Positions 51,671 through 64,000 of a stretch of 64,000 nt of DNA are shown piece by piece. The notes under the pieces were generated by a model. It made no database searches. It was not told the DNA's origin and was given only the letters and a program-made list of their open reading frames with translations. The DNA comes from Octopus vulgaris. Lineage: Eukaryota. Positions within the stretch are counted from its first letter, which is position 1; every line of letters begins with the position of its first letter. Position numbers and translations under genes: made by a program. The stretch is from NCBI GenBank assembly GCA_951406725.2, contig OX597816.1:117924001-117988000 (forward strand), in the 5' to 3' direction.

Positions 51671-51981
51671 TGACAGATAGATAGACATGCATACGCGCAC
51701 ACATGTACACACACACACACACACACATATACATATATGTTTAGTACTCACGAGTACGCATCTTAAGTTAGCCCCCCAAAAGTGGCATTGTTGCTAAAGT
51801 GCTCGATACATAATTCATATAAATTTAATTAGCGCGATCTATGACAACACCTATTGAAAACGGAAATTAGAGAAACTCCAATAGGCAATACAAAGTAGAT
51901 ATACGATTTAATCAGAATACATATATACATACAAATATTAAATAATATATATATATATATATATACATACACACACACCTA

Positions 51982-52047
<66 letters not shown>

Positions 52048-52242
52048 ACAGACACATTCAGATACAGATACATATATATTTCTATGTATGCACACATAGA
52101 CAAGAATGTATGTATGTATGTATGTATGTATGTATGTATGTATGTATGTATGTATGTATGTATGTATGTATCTATGTATGTATGTATCTATCTATCCATC
52201 TATATCTATCTATCTGTCTATATATGTGTGTGTGTGTGTATG

Positions 52243-52297
<55 letters not shown>

Positions 52298-52354
52298 GTT
52301 TGTATGTATGTATGTGTGTGTGTATGTAAGTATATATATATATATATATAAATA

Positions 52355-52412
<58 letters not shown>

Positions 52413-52760
52413 CACATACGCACGTACACACTCGAGCACACATACACACTCACACACAAACACGCTGAGAGAAAGAAAGGGAGATAGGTTTGTGTGTGGG
52501 TGAGCATCATCGATAGTAACCGCCTTTGGAAATATAATGTGCTACTCTTACACTTCCTTTGCATTCCTCGAGCTTCTTGAAAAGATGTATCACAATTTGT
52601 CGCCCCCTTACCGTTTTAGTCAATTGAACCAACCACCAGGTAATGGACGAGTTTCAAATGAATAAAGCTCTAACAGCTACGCGTGGGCTTAGTATTTCTC
52701 CCAAATATTTACGCACACGCACTTATGTAAATATGTATATTCGTGCTTATATACATTTTA

Positions 52761-52799
<39 letters not shown>

Positions 52800-52915
52800 G
52801 TGTACACTTACACACACTTATTTAGTTATATATATATATATATGTATGCTTGTGTGGGGGTGTATGAATGCATATATATATACATATGTAAACACGCACA
52901 CAGAGACATTATATA

Positions 52916-52996
<81 letters not shown>

Positions 52997-53850
52997 CCTT
53001 GTGTATTTTGTATAAAAAAGTATTCAAGAGCTAAATTGCTAAATATAACTTTGTGATGAAATTGTTTAATGGCTTAGAGTGTGATGAATGTTTTACGTAG
53101 GAGGTAAACAGATAGATTTCATTCAATCGCCACTTCGATTGATTGAAAACCGTACTAGATACCAGCTGTCATCGGAGTTGATTTTTATGACTCTATAGAC
53201 AAATTTTGAATTCGAAATTAGTCCACGAGTCTTATGTTGAGTTGCGAATGATATAGAGTTTCTCTGTTAGACAGGAGATACAACATCGACAAGTTCTTAA
53301 ATACTGGTTGTATAATGCAGTCAGGGCCGGATTTCTAGGTGGGATGATCGAACGGAGTAATTGTTCCAGGTACCCGCTAGACATAGGACCAACTGCTGTA
53401 AAGCGTATGTTGCAATCAGTACAGGAGGCCCTCTTTCAATAAACAAACATACCTTTAAAAATGTAATGGATCCTCTTTTTTTTTTTTTATAAATAACTAC
53501 CGTCAATTAATTCAATTGAAAAACACTTTGCTACCCAGTCCCAAAGCAACTACAATTCACTTGGGAATTAATTGTAGCTGCTTTTGAAACACTGACAGAC
53601 AAAAAGAAAAGAAAACATTCCAAAAAGTGTTTGTATGTATCTGTGAGTGTGTGTGTGTCTGCTTGTGAGTGTTTGTGTGTGTGTGTGAGAGAGAGAAAGA
53701 GAGAGAGAGTATGAATGAATATAAAGATTAATAAAGAGATTGATAGAAAGAAGTTATTGTCTCTAATTCAAATTCTTCTTTCAACGACATGATTGAGCAA
53801 CGACCTTATGTGAACTACTGGCAATTAAAGGTGCATACACACACAGACAC

Positions 53851-53917
<67 letters not shown>

Positions 53918-54149
53918 TACGCACACACATATATCACCATTGTAAGCTTCCTTATTTCAATGAGGCATTGAAAACTGGTCTTATTTTACGAATGAGCAAG
54001 TGAGTAATAAATATTTTCTAAAAATTATATTGTAAATTAGTTTTAATTGTAAAATTGCATCTCTCAGCAGGTTAAAGCATTTTTAATCAGTTTTAGAATA
54101 ATTGCTTTTATGCTGATATGTTTTTCATTAAATCGAATCTTTTTCTTTC

Positions 54150-54830
54150 GTTCTTTGTTCATTATTTTTCAGATATTTGACAGAGGAATGGGACAAAATT
54201 GGTAACTGGGGCAAGTAGTGCATCACCATTTTGCACTCTTGCATCATCCTTGGGAATAAACATTGGCCACCATTGTTGTTGCTGCAGTTGAGGCAGTTTG
54301 AAACAGTCAGGTAACAGGTACTTTATTTTCAAGAATTTTTTCCTCAACTTTGACCCAGTTGTAACTGAGGCTGCTAATAAAATATCTAGATAATTTTTGG
54401 TGTTTCACAATCCAAATTGTTTTTTCTCTGCTGGATTCCGAGTCTCTGCTGGATTTCCCCACACTAATGTCTAATTTGATAATTTTCAATTTCCCAAAAT
54501 CTGATGTACTAACTGGGGCAAAATGAGTAATGACTAATTTCAATAGTCTCTTCTCTTTAACTGCATGGTGCATGAATTTATCACGAAGTGAGCTGTGATT
54601 TAAGGGATACTTAGCTGCTATTTTTAGCACCTGATACCCTCTTTTCTTTTTGGTCACTCTGTTGTATTGATGCTTTCCAATACCTTTCTCCCCATAAACA
54701 CATTTAATGGTCTATTGCTGGGATTTTGAAAAAATTCGAAAAACTTTAAAAACATTTTTCATAGTTGTATGAATCCTCGTGTGTAGAACACAAATTCGCA
54801 AAAATGCTTTAAAAATTCCCAAAAATAAAA
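54150..54830 (-). mobile_element. Possible DNA-transposon relic (pogo-like HTH remnant)
   Basis: AAKYPLNHSSLRD resembles psq-type HTH; AACTGGGGCAA occurs twice; weak. Confidence 0.25.
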
Positions 54831-55079
54831 AGTTATAAGAGGTTATATGGGTTGCTTAAACCAGAATCCTGCCGAGAGCCACTCCAACAGATCTTGAAGA
54901 AGCTATAGAGAATATCTTATGTTGAGTTTTTTTGATTTAGTCAAGTTTCGTTAATTTCATATAGTGTCATTTTTCCATGATTCCCTTTCATTTGACCTAG
55001 ATATTTTAAATTTTGTTCAATTTCTGATCTTTCTGTCTCAGAATGGATATGCATGCGTTTTTTTCAAAGACTCAGCCGC

Positions 55080-55164
55080 GGAAATTTCCATGAAGTCTCA
55101 CAGCCTCGGAACTTTCCAGGAGGTCCTCAGAATTTTCCAGGAAGTGTCAACCGCGGAACTTTCC
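55080..55164. repeat. Four-unit degenerate minisatellite with GGAA(A/C)TTTCC cores
   Basis: Cores at 55080-55089, 55108-55117, 55129-55138 (AGAATTTTCC) and 55155-55164. Confidence 0.8.
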
Positions 55165-55901
55165 AATATAATAAGTACTAGGCTTACTGAGAATAAGTCC
55201 TGGGGTCGATTTCTTCGACCAAAGGCGGTGCTCCAGAATGGTCACAGTCAAATCACTGAAACAAGTAAAAGAATAAAAGAAAAAAGAATATTTATTCATA
55301 TGCATATATATGTATATATATATATATAGTGAAGAAAAATAAGATAAACAAAAGCAAAATAAGATAAGTTCATAATTAATTTTATTAGCTTGATGCTCAG
55401 AGAAATGGAGAGAGGTACTTGAAAGAACGTCACAGACATTTGTTCTTCTGAGAGAGAAAAAAAAATGAGAAAAACAACGGGGTTTGAGTTGAAGAAAAGA
55501 AAAGCATCATAAAGTGTAATCCAGGCAGAAAAGCCGCGTGGAGTTGCTTTAAACGTTGACCGTTGACCGAGCAAAAGTTGGATAATGGGTTAAATGGACT
55601 GTTTTAAGACAGAAGAACAAATGGAAAGACAGGTATATGTCTGTGTGCGTGATAGTGTGTTTGTATGTAAGTGTGTGCGTGTGTGATTGCATGTGTGTGT
55701 AAAAGATGTGGAAAAGTAGTTTCTAAATGTGTATATATATACATGCACACACACACACACATAGACATACACACACACATATGTATATGTATACATATGC
55801 CCGTGTGTGCACTTAAGTGCAGATCAAAGTGGAGAACATAGCACGAATTACCAAAGAAATATGTTTTATTGAAGCTAAAAAAACTTCGCGAACTTCACAG
55901 T

Positions 55902-55988
<87 letters not shown>

Positions 55989-56477
55989 CGTGTGTGTGAA
56001 TGTATGAAATACTTCGAATTCTTGATTAAGTATTTCACTTACCATTTTGGTGTCTCCAGTAACATTTGTCTTTGAAACAAGACCCTATTTCATGATGAAG
56101 TAAATAACTATCTTTGTTTTCTTTTTACAAATTTGTCAACTACTGTAGAATTTCCCTTTCTGCTCTCTCCTTTTTTATAAGATAGATTTATTTTATTCTG
56201 GTTTGTAACTTTTTCAAGCGGGGCTTTTTGCGACTGTCGGCATCCATTTAAATTATCTGAAATCATTTTTTTTTAATCTATTAGGATTTTTCTGATATAT
56301 CAGACATACTTTTATTTTTATTTTGACAGAGTAACATTCATGATTTCATTAAGTGATGAATGTAATTCATCCTCTAATTATATGATAGAAATTATATTTT
56401 TGTGGTATTATATTATTGTAAGCTTCAATCTTCCAATCTGTACTAGATTTAAAGCGTTTAGTTTGTATTATTAACCT

Positions 56478-56808
56478 ATGGCTCGGTGGTTAGAGCGTCT
56501 AATTTACAATCATGAGGCAGTGAGTCCAATTCCAGGTGGCGTGGTGTGTGTTGTGCTTTTGAGCAAGACACTTTCTTTCACGTTGCACCAGTTCACTCAG
56601 CTGTAGAAATCAGTTGCGTCGTTAGTGACAAGCTGTATCGGCCTTTGCCTTTCCCTTGGATAACATCAGTGGCGTGGAGAGGAACAGCTGATATGCATGG
56701 ACAGCTCCTGGTCTTTCATAAACAACCTTGCCTGAACTTGTAGCTTGGAGGGGAACTTTCTAGGTGCAGTCCCATGGTCATTCATGACCGAAGGCAGGGT
56801 CTTTACCA
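56478..56808 (+). mobile_element. SINE family C
   Basis: tRNA-like head; body shared with 27941. Confidence 0.7.
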
Positions 56809-56849
56809 GTTAACGTAAACTACTTCGTGTCAGATATGTTTTATCATCT

Positions 56850-57244
56850 ATCTTTTACTTGCTTCAATTACCCGGTTGCGGCCATACTGGGACACCGCAT
56901 TGGAAGGTTTTTAGTTGAACAAATTGACCTCAGGATTCATTTTTTACAACTAAGTACTTATTCTATCGGTCCCATTTGCCGAGCCCGCTAAGTTACGGGG
57001 ACACACTAACAAGCAGTAATCGGGGACAAACACAGACGCAAAGACATGCACGCGCATACACACACTCACACACGCACACGCACATACGACTGGCTTCATT
57101 CAATTTCCGTTTACCAAATCCACTCATAAGGCTTTGGTCAGTCCGAGGCTATAGTAGAAGAAACTTGCCCAAGGTGCCACGCAGTGGGACTGAACCTGGA
57201 ACCATGTGGTTGGGAAGCAAGCTTCTAACCACACAGCCACGCCT
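56850..57244 (-). mobile_element. SINE family B
   Basis: Reverse complement of 46872-47270. Confidence 0.85.
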
Positions 57245-57850
57245 TCGTCAATGTTTGAATATTTCATTTTAATTGATTTCCAGTAGTCTTGATAAAATTT
57301 GAATGTTCCTTGTCAGTTTTCTTTGAGCTGTTTTTTTTAAAAAATTTTATTGTTATGGTCTGAGAAAACGGTAGTTGTCTCCTTCACATTACGGAAGGGC
57401 TTCTGTTGATTTATGAAACCAAGATCTGGAATATTAGTGCGCCTGGTGAGTAAAATATTATTTGTTCCAGGAATTATGCTTGTCTTTGGTCGTGCAGTGA
57501 GATTCCTAAGAGAATGTGGGCCTCAGACCGTTTTACGTTGTGAAAATTTATTCACAAAATATATTAATACGTTGATCTAGTTTGGATAATAACTTTTTTA
57601 TCTTTCTGACAAAGTATATTAATATATTGCTTTGGATAGTACCTCTCTTGGATCTTTCAACCAGGATTTGAAGCATCCACTAAACGATATGTTGTACACA
57701 TAGTTACAAAGATTTACTATATGTACAACATATCGTTTATTAGTGCGTTACATGACCAACGCCACCATTATTTTATTCTTTCTTGTCAGTAAGAAAGACG
57801 ATACAGTTTGAAATGTGTATTTCTGCATCTGTTATATTTATTACTATGTA

Positions 57851-59077
57851 CACAAACATGCAGGAAATAAATAGACACCTTTAATTTTCAATATCTTTTA
57901 TTTAATATGGGAAGCGAACAATTGAAATGTAATCGATAGGTAGGACTACTTACTTTAGTGTTTAGTTGACATTCCCTTTGCGGATTTTAATTCAGAAACT
58001 CTTTTTGGTATTGAACTGATGAGCTTTGTGATAGTCTCTTGTGGAATTTCTGCCCATTTTTCACGCAACAATCGAAACAATTCATCTTTAGATATGGGTT
58101 TCTGTTGAGTTTTTTTGTATAGCTCTATCTAGTATGCTCCAAAGATTTTCAATTGCGTTCATGTCAGGAGATTGGATTGGCCAAGGAAGCTTTTTGATCC
58201 CATTTTCAGTCAGCCATTCCCTTTCGCTGTGTGGCACGGAGCCCTATCTTCCATGAATAAAAACTCATTTTTCGTTATGTTATAGTGTGAATACATCGAA
58301 AGTAGTCCTTGCTTAAGTTTTTCAATGTATTTTTCAGAGTTTTTAGTTCCAATACATTCGATCAGCTCAGAACGACCAATGCTGGTGACAGCTCCCCATA
58401 CCATTACAGAGATACCGCTATGTTTCACGGTTGGAGTCGTTTCAAATCAAATTCTTGATTGGGAAGCCTCCAAACCCAAACACGTCCAATGTCTGAAAAT
58501 AATGCAAATCTGGATTCATCTGAGAAAATCATTCTATCCCAAAATGAACTGGATTTTTATGACATCTCCTTAGCCCATTTCATTCTTTTCATGATATTAA
58601 TTGGTTGAAGGAGAGGTTTTCTTCTAGCTGCTCGTCCATAATATCCAAGCTTATTCAGATATGTAACATACATTCTTGGATTAACTTCTAGCTGTTTTGC
58701 AATGTCAGAAGCCTTCGAACGAGGTTTGTTTTCCACAATTCTCTTCAAACAGCGAAGCTTCTTTTCTTAGGGCCCAGGTCGGCCGGGATGAGAATCTGTT
58801 GATTCTTTTCCTTGGCTTTTAAATTGCACTATAATTCTATTAACAGTAGCAAGAGGAATTTGAAGATTTTCGGCAATTTTTCGCTTTGAAAATCTGACAA
58901 TTCTGCTGAATTTTTTGTGCGTGGCATGGTTACTTGTTACAAATGTTTAATATAATGGCACCTGGAATGAAAAAGAATAATTACATTGTAAATTCTACAC
59001 CGCTGAAAACATATGAAGACGCTTAGATCAGAAATGTTGAAAATTAGAGGTGTCTATTTACTTCCTGCATGTCTGTG
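57851..59077 (-). mobile_element. Near-complete Tc1 transposon with TA target duplications; transposase pseudogene 58927-57962
   Basis: About 45-bp TIRs (CACAAACATGCAGGAAATAAATAGACACC...); TA at 57849-57850 and 59078-59079; MPRTK...GRP...RRKPLL...VMVWGAV...FMEDRAPCH...WPIQSPDMNAIENLW...KGMSTK* with stops and frameshifts. Confidence 0.92.
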
Positions 59078-60028
59078 TATAATTCTTTAAGTGCAATGCA
59101 TATTAGTTGATCGCATGTAGGTCACTCAAGTAGCGGATCCTGCTGTAGCTAGGTTAGTTGCTGCACTATTTTCTGCGGCCTACTATTTTGAAAAGATTGT
59201 TACTCAGTTGCTACAGTTTATACTGCAGCCTACATACAGCCTTTGGAAAGAGACGACGTATTCCTTTCAGATAGGTCTATACATATCCCTTATGTAGATT
59301 TTTCCTCTTTATTAGTGATGATTTATAAAGAATCGATTTCTTCAGGCATATTTTTCTACAGGTTGGGCCTATCTTGTCTCCCTGTGACATTTGTGTGGAA
59401 TAATTAACCAAGTTAGTATCATTTTCAGGCGGCTTACAGTGAGCATAGTGGCAGTATGTTAATTTTCCCATGCCTACAGGTATCTTTTGAGTGAAACCTT
59501 TAGGTGATTGGACCTTTGACAAATAAAATGACGATGTACGAGCAAAGCTATCTACTGCTAATTTTGATTTGCTTTTCTAAGTATTTTCTTTTTGTGATTT
59601 TCTCTTCACCTATTTAGTTTCTCTTTTATCTTTCAAAAGAAATACAAATAACCGTCCCTGGATAATTTTCCCCAAACATTATTTTAAGCTGTCACATCTA
59701 TGAGTGTTTATTCACTCTTATAATTCTTTATGATTCTCTCAATTAGTAATCAATCGATATAGTATGTTGGAAAACACTTTGGCTAATAGATCATCTTGAG
59801 TAAAGTATATTTTTTCACAATATCATTTCGGATTTTGAATGAATAAAGATACTGAAAAATATCTACTTAAAAAAACTATTCATCAAAACATCAAAACAAA
59901 TTACAAAATTTAGACCAGCTTCATCTAATTAAATGAAATACACCATTATGAAATTCCCACTTACCTTCGTAATTAGATTGCTACTTTCTTCACTCATCGT
60001 AGTCTCTAAAGACAACCACTAACAGCAA

Positions 60029-61086
60029 TCATAGGGTTAGACACCTATCTAAAGAACACCAATGACGGGATGCTTGAACCTGTCTGCAAATATGTAAGTA
60101 GCAAGAAACTTTTTCAATATCAAAAGAAGCAAAGAAATATGTAAAGGAATTAAGGATCAACGAAATTGAGGCACAACTAGCTGAAATAGCAGAACCCACT
60201 GTGATAGCAAAACAGATGAAAGCATAACAAGTCAAATGGATTGTCAGAGCTGCGAAAAGGAAGAAAAAGTAAGGCATTGTATGGTAAATACCCGACAAGA
60301 CCAGCAGTCCTGACGTCGATAAGTATATGGCCCATCAGTGGTTAGCTGCATCTGAACTTAGATCAGAAACAGCGGGCTTCATTATAGCATTTCGGGATCA
60401 GTCTGGCCACCAGAAACTACAAAGCCAATATTCTTAAAGAAGGTGCTGGTCTTATCTTCCACTTGCGTGGTACAACCAGAGAAACAATTAACTACATCAT
60501 CTCTGGGTGCTCAATTGAATATCTTAATGGCCATGCTAGACTTGGTCAGTATTTGCACTGGATCATATGCCGTCAATTTGAACTTCCACATGAGATGACC
60601 TGAAGGGGAAATAAACAGGCCAAAGTTATAGAAAATAAAGACAACACCGTATGTTGAGATTTTAGTGCTCAAACTGATCGTGCTTATTCAGACATTCTGG
60701 TAAATAAAAATCACGTTGACAAAACATGTTTGCTCATTGATATGTCAATCCCAACAGACTGCAACACTTCTGTGAAAACATTTGAAAATTTAAGTAATTA
60801 CACAGACTTTGAAAAAGTGGTGTCGAAAGTAAGGCATCTAAGAATGGCAAGGGTACCTGTGATCATCGGAGTTTTAGCGTAATGCTAAATGGCCCAAATA
60901 CCAGGAAATGCAAAAGTATCAGAACTACAAAAAATTTGTTCTCATGGGTACTGTCCACATCCAAAGAAAAATACTGTCAACCTGAAAATACCTGATTTTC
61001 TTAAAATTCTTTAAAAATCAGAATATTACAAATTTGATAGAATCTCAGTTTCCAGAGTCTGGTCGCCTTTTCCTTTAATATATCAT
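60029..61086 (+). mobile_element. R4/Dong-clade LINE 3' part, degraded
   Basis: IGLDTYLKNTNDGML...HGKY...RSETAGFIIAFRDQ...ETINYIISGC...LLIDMSIP...PVIIGVL; ends at (TAA)n. Confidence 0.85.
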
Positions 61087-61106
61087 TGCTCATTATAACA
61101 CCATTA

Positions 61107-61176
<70 letters not shown>

Positions 61177-61187
61177 TGATGATGATG

Positions 61188-61251
<64 letters not shown>

Positions 61252-61262
61252 TGATGATGATG

Positions 61263-61330
<68 letters not shown>
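61087..61330. repeat. (AAT)n/(GAT)n then (ATT)n: facing tails of R4 and Tx1 elements
   Basis: The repeat flips strand at about 61305. Confidence 0.9.
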
Positions 61331-61333
<3 letters not shown>

Positions 61334-62270
61334 TCGTTTACTGGTCACAAGGGCTTACATAAAATTACATTAAGAGACACACAACAACATAAAAGACAAA
61401 AATATGACAATACAATGGGTTTTACAACGTGTAAACACTATAATAACAATTAAAATTAAACAATTTAAAACTCCCAATAGGGGAGGCGCATTAAGGACCT
61501 CGTGAAAAAACCCACAAAAGTCACGGGTGCCTGAACAACAGGACAAGAACCCTTCTCCTTTTGTTTATAGGTATACGCTCAGAATTGATCCTTTCACACT
61601 GGTCATTCTCCCAAAATTCACCCACCTTTCAACAAACATGCTGCAAGGCAACACTCAACTTCCTTTTCAAGTGAAACTTGAAAACGTTTATGAGAGCTTG
61701 GCCAAAGAGGAAAGTGCCTGACTTGAGCCCTTTCAAACGTGTCCACCATACTACTCTTTTCGCTACAGCCACTAGACAAATAAAAATTGCCTTCCTCTCC
61801 CGGCCAAAAGAGGACGGCGGGGCAATCTTCTCAGTGGATTCAGCTGATAGCCGGATTCGTCCCACGCGCGACAGCAGGTATTCGACATAAACCCACAGGT
61901 CAGCAATACTCGGGCACTGGACTAAGGTGTGCAGAATGGTTTCATCGTTCTGAGCACACCTCGGACAGGCCCGGCTGACGGCACATTCCATGCTTGTAAA
62001 GTTTATCTCGAACAGGCAGCGCCTCTCGGTAGCACTGCCAGACAAGGTATTTCTGGAAGTTGTCCATAGGCCCAAACTCGAAAGTTCTCCAAAACAGACC
62101 GGTTAGTTGATCTTCATCGACGCCCAGAGTTTCCCCGAGAACGTCGTCGCACTTTCCCTCCACTAGCCCTCTATAGAACGCTAGAGTAGAACTACCACCG
62201 ACCGCATTGCCTGCCTGGCGGAGGTTTGTGAGCGCTTAACGGCACTCGAGGTGTCAAGCACCCCTCCTCG
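61306..62270 (-). mobile_element. Tx1/L1-clade LINE 3' end (zf-RVT region)
   Basis: DNFQKYLVWQCYREALPVRDKLYKHG/CPRCAQNDETILHTLVQCP; 3' UTR and (TAA)n tail. Confidence 0.85.
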
Positions 62271-62289
62271 GTCTACGCCTAATCTAGGA

Positions 62290-62701
62290 TTACAACTAAG
62301 TCAAAGAGAACAGCTATGGAAAAGCGTGTCTCCCAAACGGTGACCACACCTGCTCACCATCAAGGAAACGCTGGAGATGATCATATCCCGAACAAATGCC
62401 CTAGACTTGCCCAAAACCATTACAAGTTGTGGCGACACGACCAGGTAGCGAAAGTGCTACATTGGAAACTGCGAAAAGTGGGGGCCAGAGCGAGGCAAGA
62501 CATAGTATGAGCACAAACTGCAGAGAGTGGCAGAGTTGAAGACTAGCAAAATCATCTGGGATTTCCCAGTACAAACAGATCAGGTGCTCGAATATAACAG
62601 ACCGGACCTAGTGGTGGTGGACAAGCTGCACCACGTATGCTACATAGTTGATGTTGCATGCCCCTTTGCCCCACGTATAGTCAAGAAGGAAGGCGAAAAG
62701 G

Positions 62702-62783
<82 letters not shown>

Positions 62784-63069
62784 CAACCCTCTTAAGTACG
62801 AAATAGCCCGGCTATGGAAAGTGAAGGGGAAGATAGTGTCAATTATTGTTGGATCCTTGGGAACTGTATCAGAAGGCATTAAGAGAAATATAAAGGGAAT
62901 TGGAATAGAGAGCCCAGTAGAACTGTTACAAAAGGTTTGCCTCCTTGGCACGGCCAGAATAATCAAGAAAGTATTATATAGCTGAAAAGAACGAATAGCA
63001 TGGTACCGTAGGCTGCGGGTAGTAAGCCTGCTATGAATGCAAGACTCCATGAGCTTCAACAAAACCTGT
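62290..63069 (+). mobile_element. R4/Dong-clade LINE 3' end with internal (TAGA)n expansion
   Basis: RHDQVAKVLHWKL...IWDFPVQTDQVLEYNRPDLVVVDK...DVACP...EKV[DR]YNPLKYEIARLWK...IIVGSLG. Confidence 0.9.
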
Positions 63070-63258
<189 letters not shown>

Positions 63259-63269
63259 TGAATGAATGA

Positions 63270-63700
63270 TCCTAGGATGAACAACCTGAGGGAAGTGTGG
63301 TAACTGTTGCTGCAAAAAAAAAAGTAAAATTAGTGGTAAAGAAAGAAAAGCGCATGAAATGATAGGTAGAAGCAGAAACTGGTGCATGGCAGATATGTGG
63401 CCTTTAATAAACAAGCTGACGTTGATCAGAAGCACAACCATCAGCGGCTACGAAGCTCAGGACTAAAGGCAGAGCGCGAAGGCTTCATTTTAGCTGCCCA
63501 AGATCAAAGCTTATCGACCCGGAACTACCAAGCCAATGTGATGAAGAAATGGAGTGCCGATTCTACAATGATGAGATTGAGACAGTGGACAACTTAATCT
63601 CTAGATGTAAATCAGTAGAGTATAAATCAAGAAATGACAGAATTGGCCAATATCTACCCTGGTTAATTATAAAAATCAAAACTGTTTTGAGAAAAATATT
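63270..63700 (+). mobile_element. R4/Dong-clade LINE fragment
   Basis: MHGRY...HQRLRSSGLKAEREGFILAAQDQSLSTRNYQ. Confidence 0.85.
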
Positions 63701-64000
63701 GTCGCTGTGAGAACTATTACCATACACGCAAGTCATTTTTTACTACATAACTTTATTTAATTTTGTAAATGAACAATCTGGTGTGTTTATTTTAATGGCC
63801 TATCAATGTATACAGTGACTTCTTTGCCCTAGGTATCGGGAAGGCATTCGGTAAGCAATGGAAACAGAATTGAAAGAAAAAGACTAAATAATGATAATAA
63901 TGTCTCCTCTAAGATCTGCCACATGGTTCTCCAGTTTCTTCCATTTTATTTTACTTCTTTACAAGAGATTTGTTTACTTCTTTAAAATAAGGTTATTGAC

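Noticed and set aside
55070-55170. CRISPR-like repeat-spacer pattern
   Set aside because: Eukaryotic context, degenerate units with related rather than unique spacers, and no cas genes.
59955-60028. Strong minus-strand donor AAG|GTAAGT (59964) as a distant first exon of the peptide gene; similar donor at 44034
   Set aside because: No supporting promoter or acceptor; both lie next to repeats, and such hexamers are frequent in 64 kb.

Overview
AT-rich, microsatellite-saturated eukaryotic DNA. The tRNA-derived SINE families and TE mix point to an Octopus genome; that is inferred from recognised repeat families, with no database search. The only credible host coding sequence is a compact secreted neuropeptide precursor on the minus strand (40166-40771). 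It has a signal peptide, a 4-Cys 28-mer ending ...CRCNAFHFA-G-KR (HFAamide-like) and dibasic-flanked spacer peptides. Everything else that codes is decayed transposon: Penelope-like elements (PLEs), R4/Dong, CRE, CR1, RTE and Tx1 LINEs, and Tc1/mariner/maT elements and MITEs. Almost all other ORFs in the track are microsatellite artefacts. Two patterns are not shown by the ORF track. First, about ten hammerhead-ribozyme-like motifs sit in PLE terminal repeats, including a near-canonical one at 33286-33346 and copies with a compensated U3-A8 core. Second, local inverted duplications are dense, including a 100% identical 244-bp inverted pair flanking 1.75 kb (6100-8339) and a perfect 107-bp-arm palindrome (26247-26464). 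There is no CRISPR array, rRNA or intact tRNA. TE boundaries are approximate unless exact junctions are quoted.
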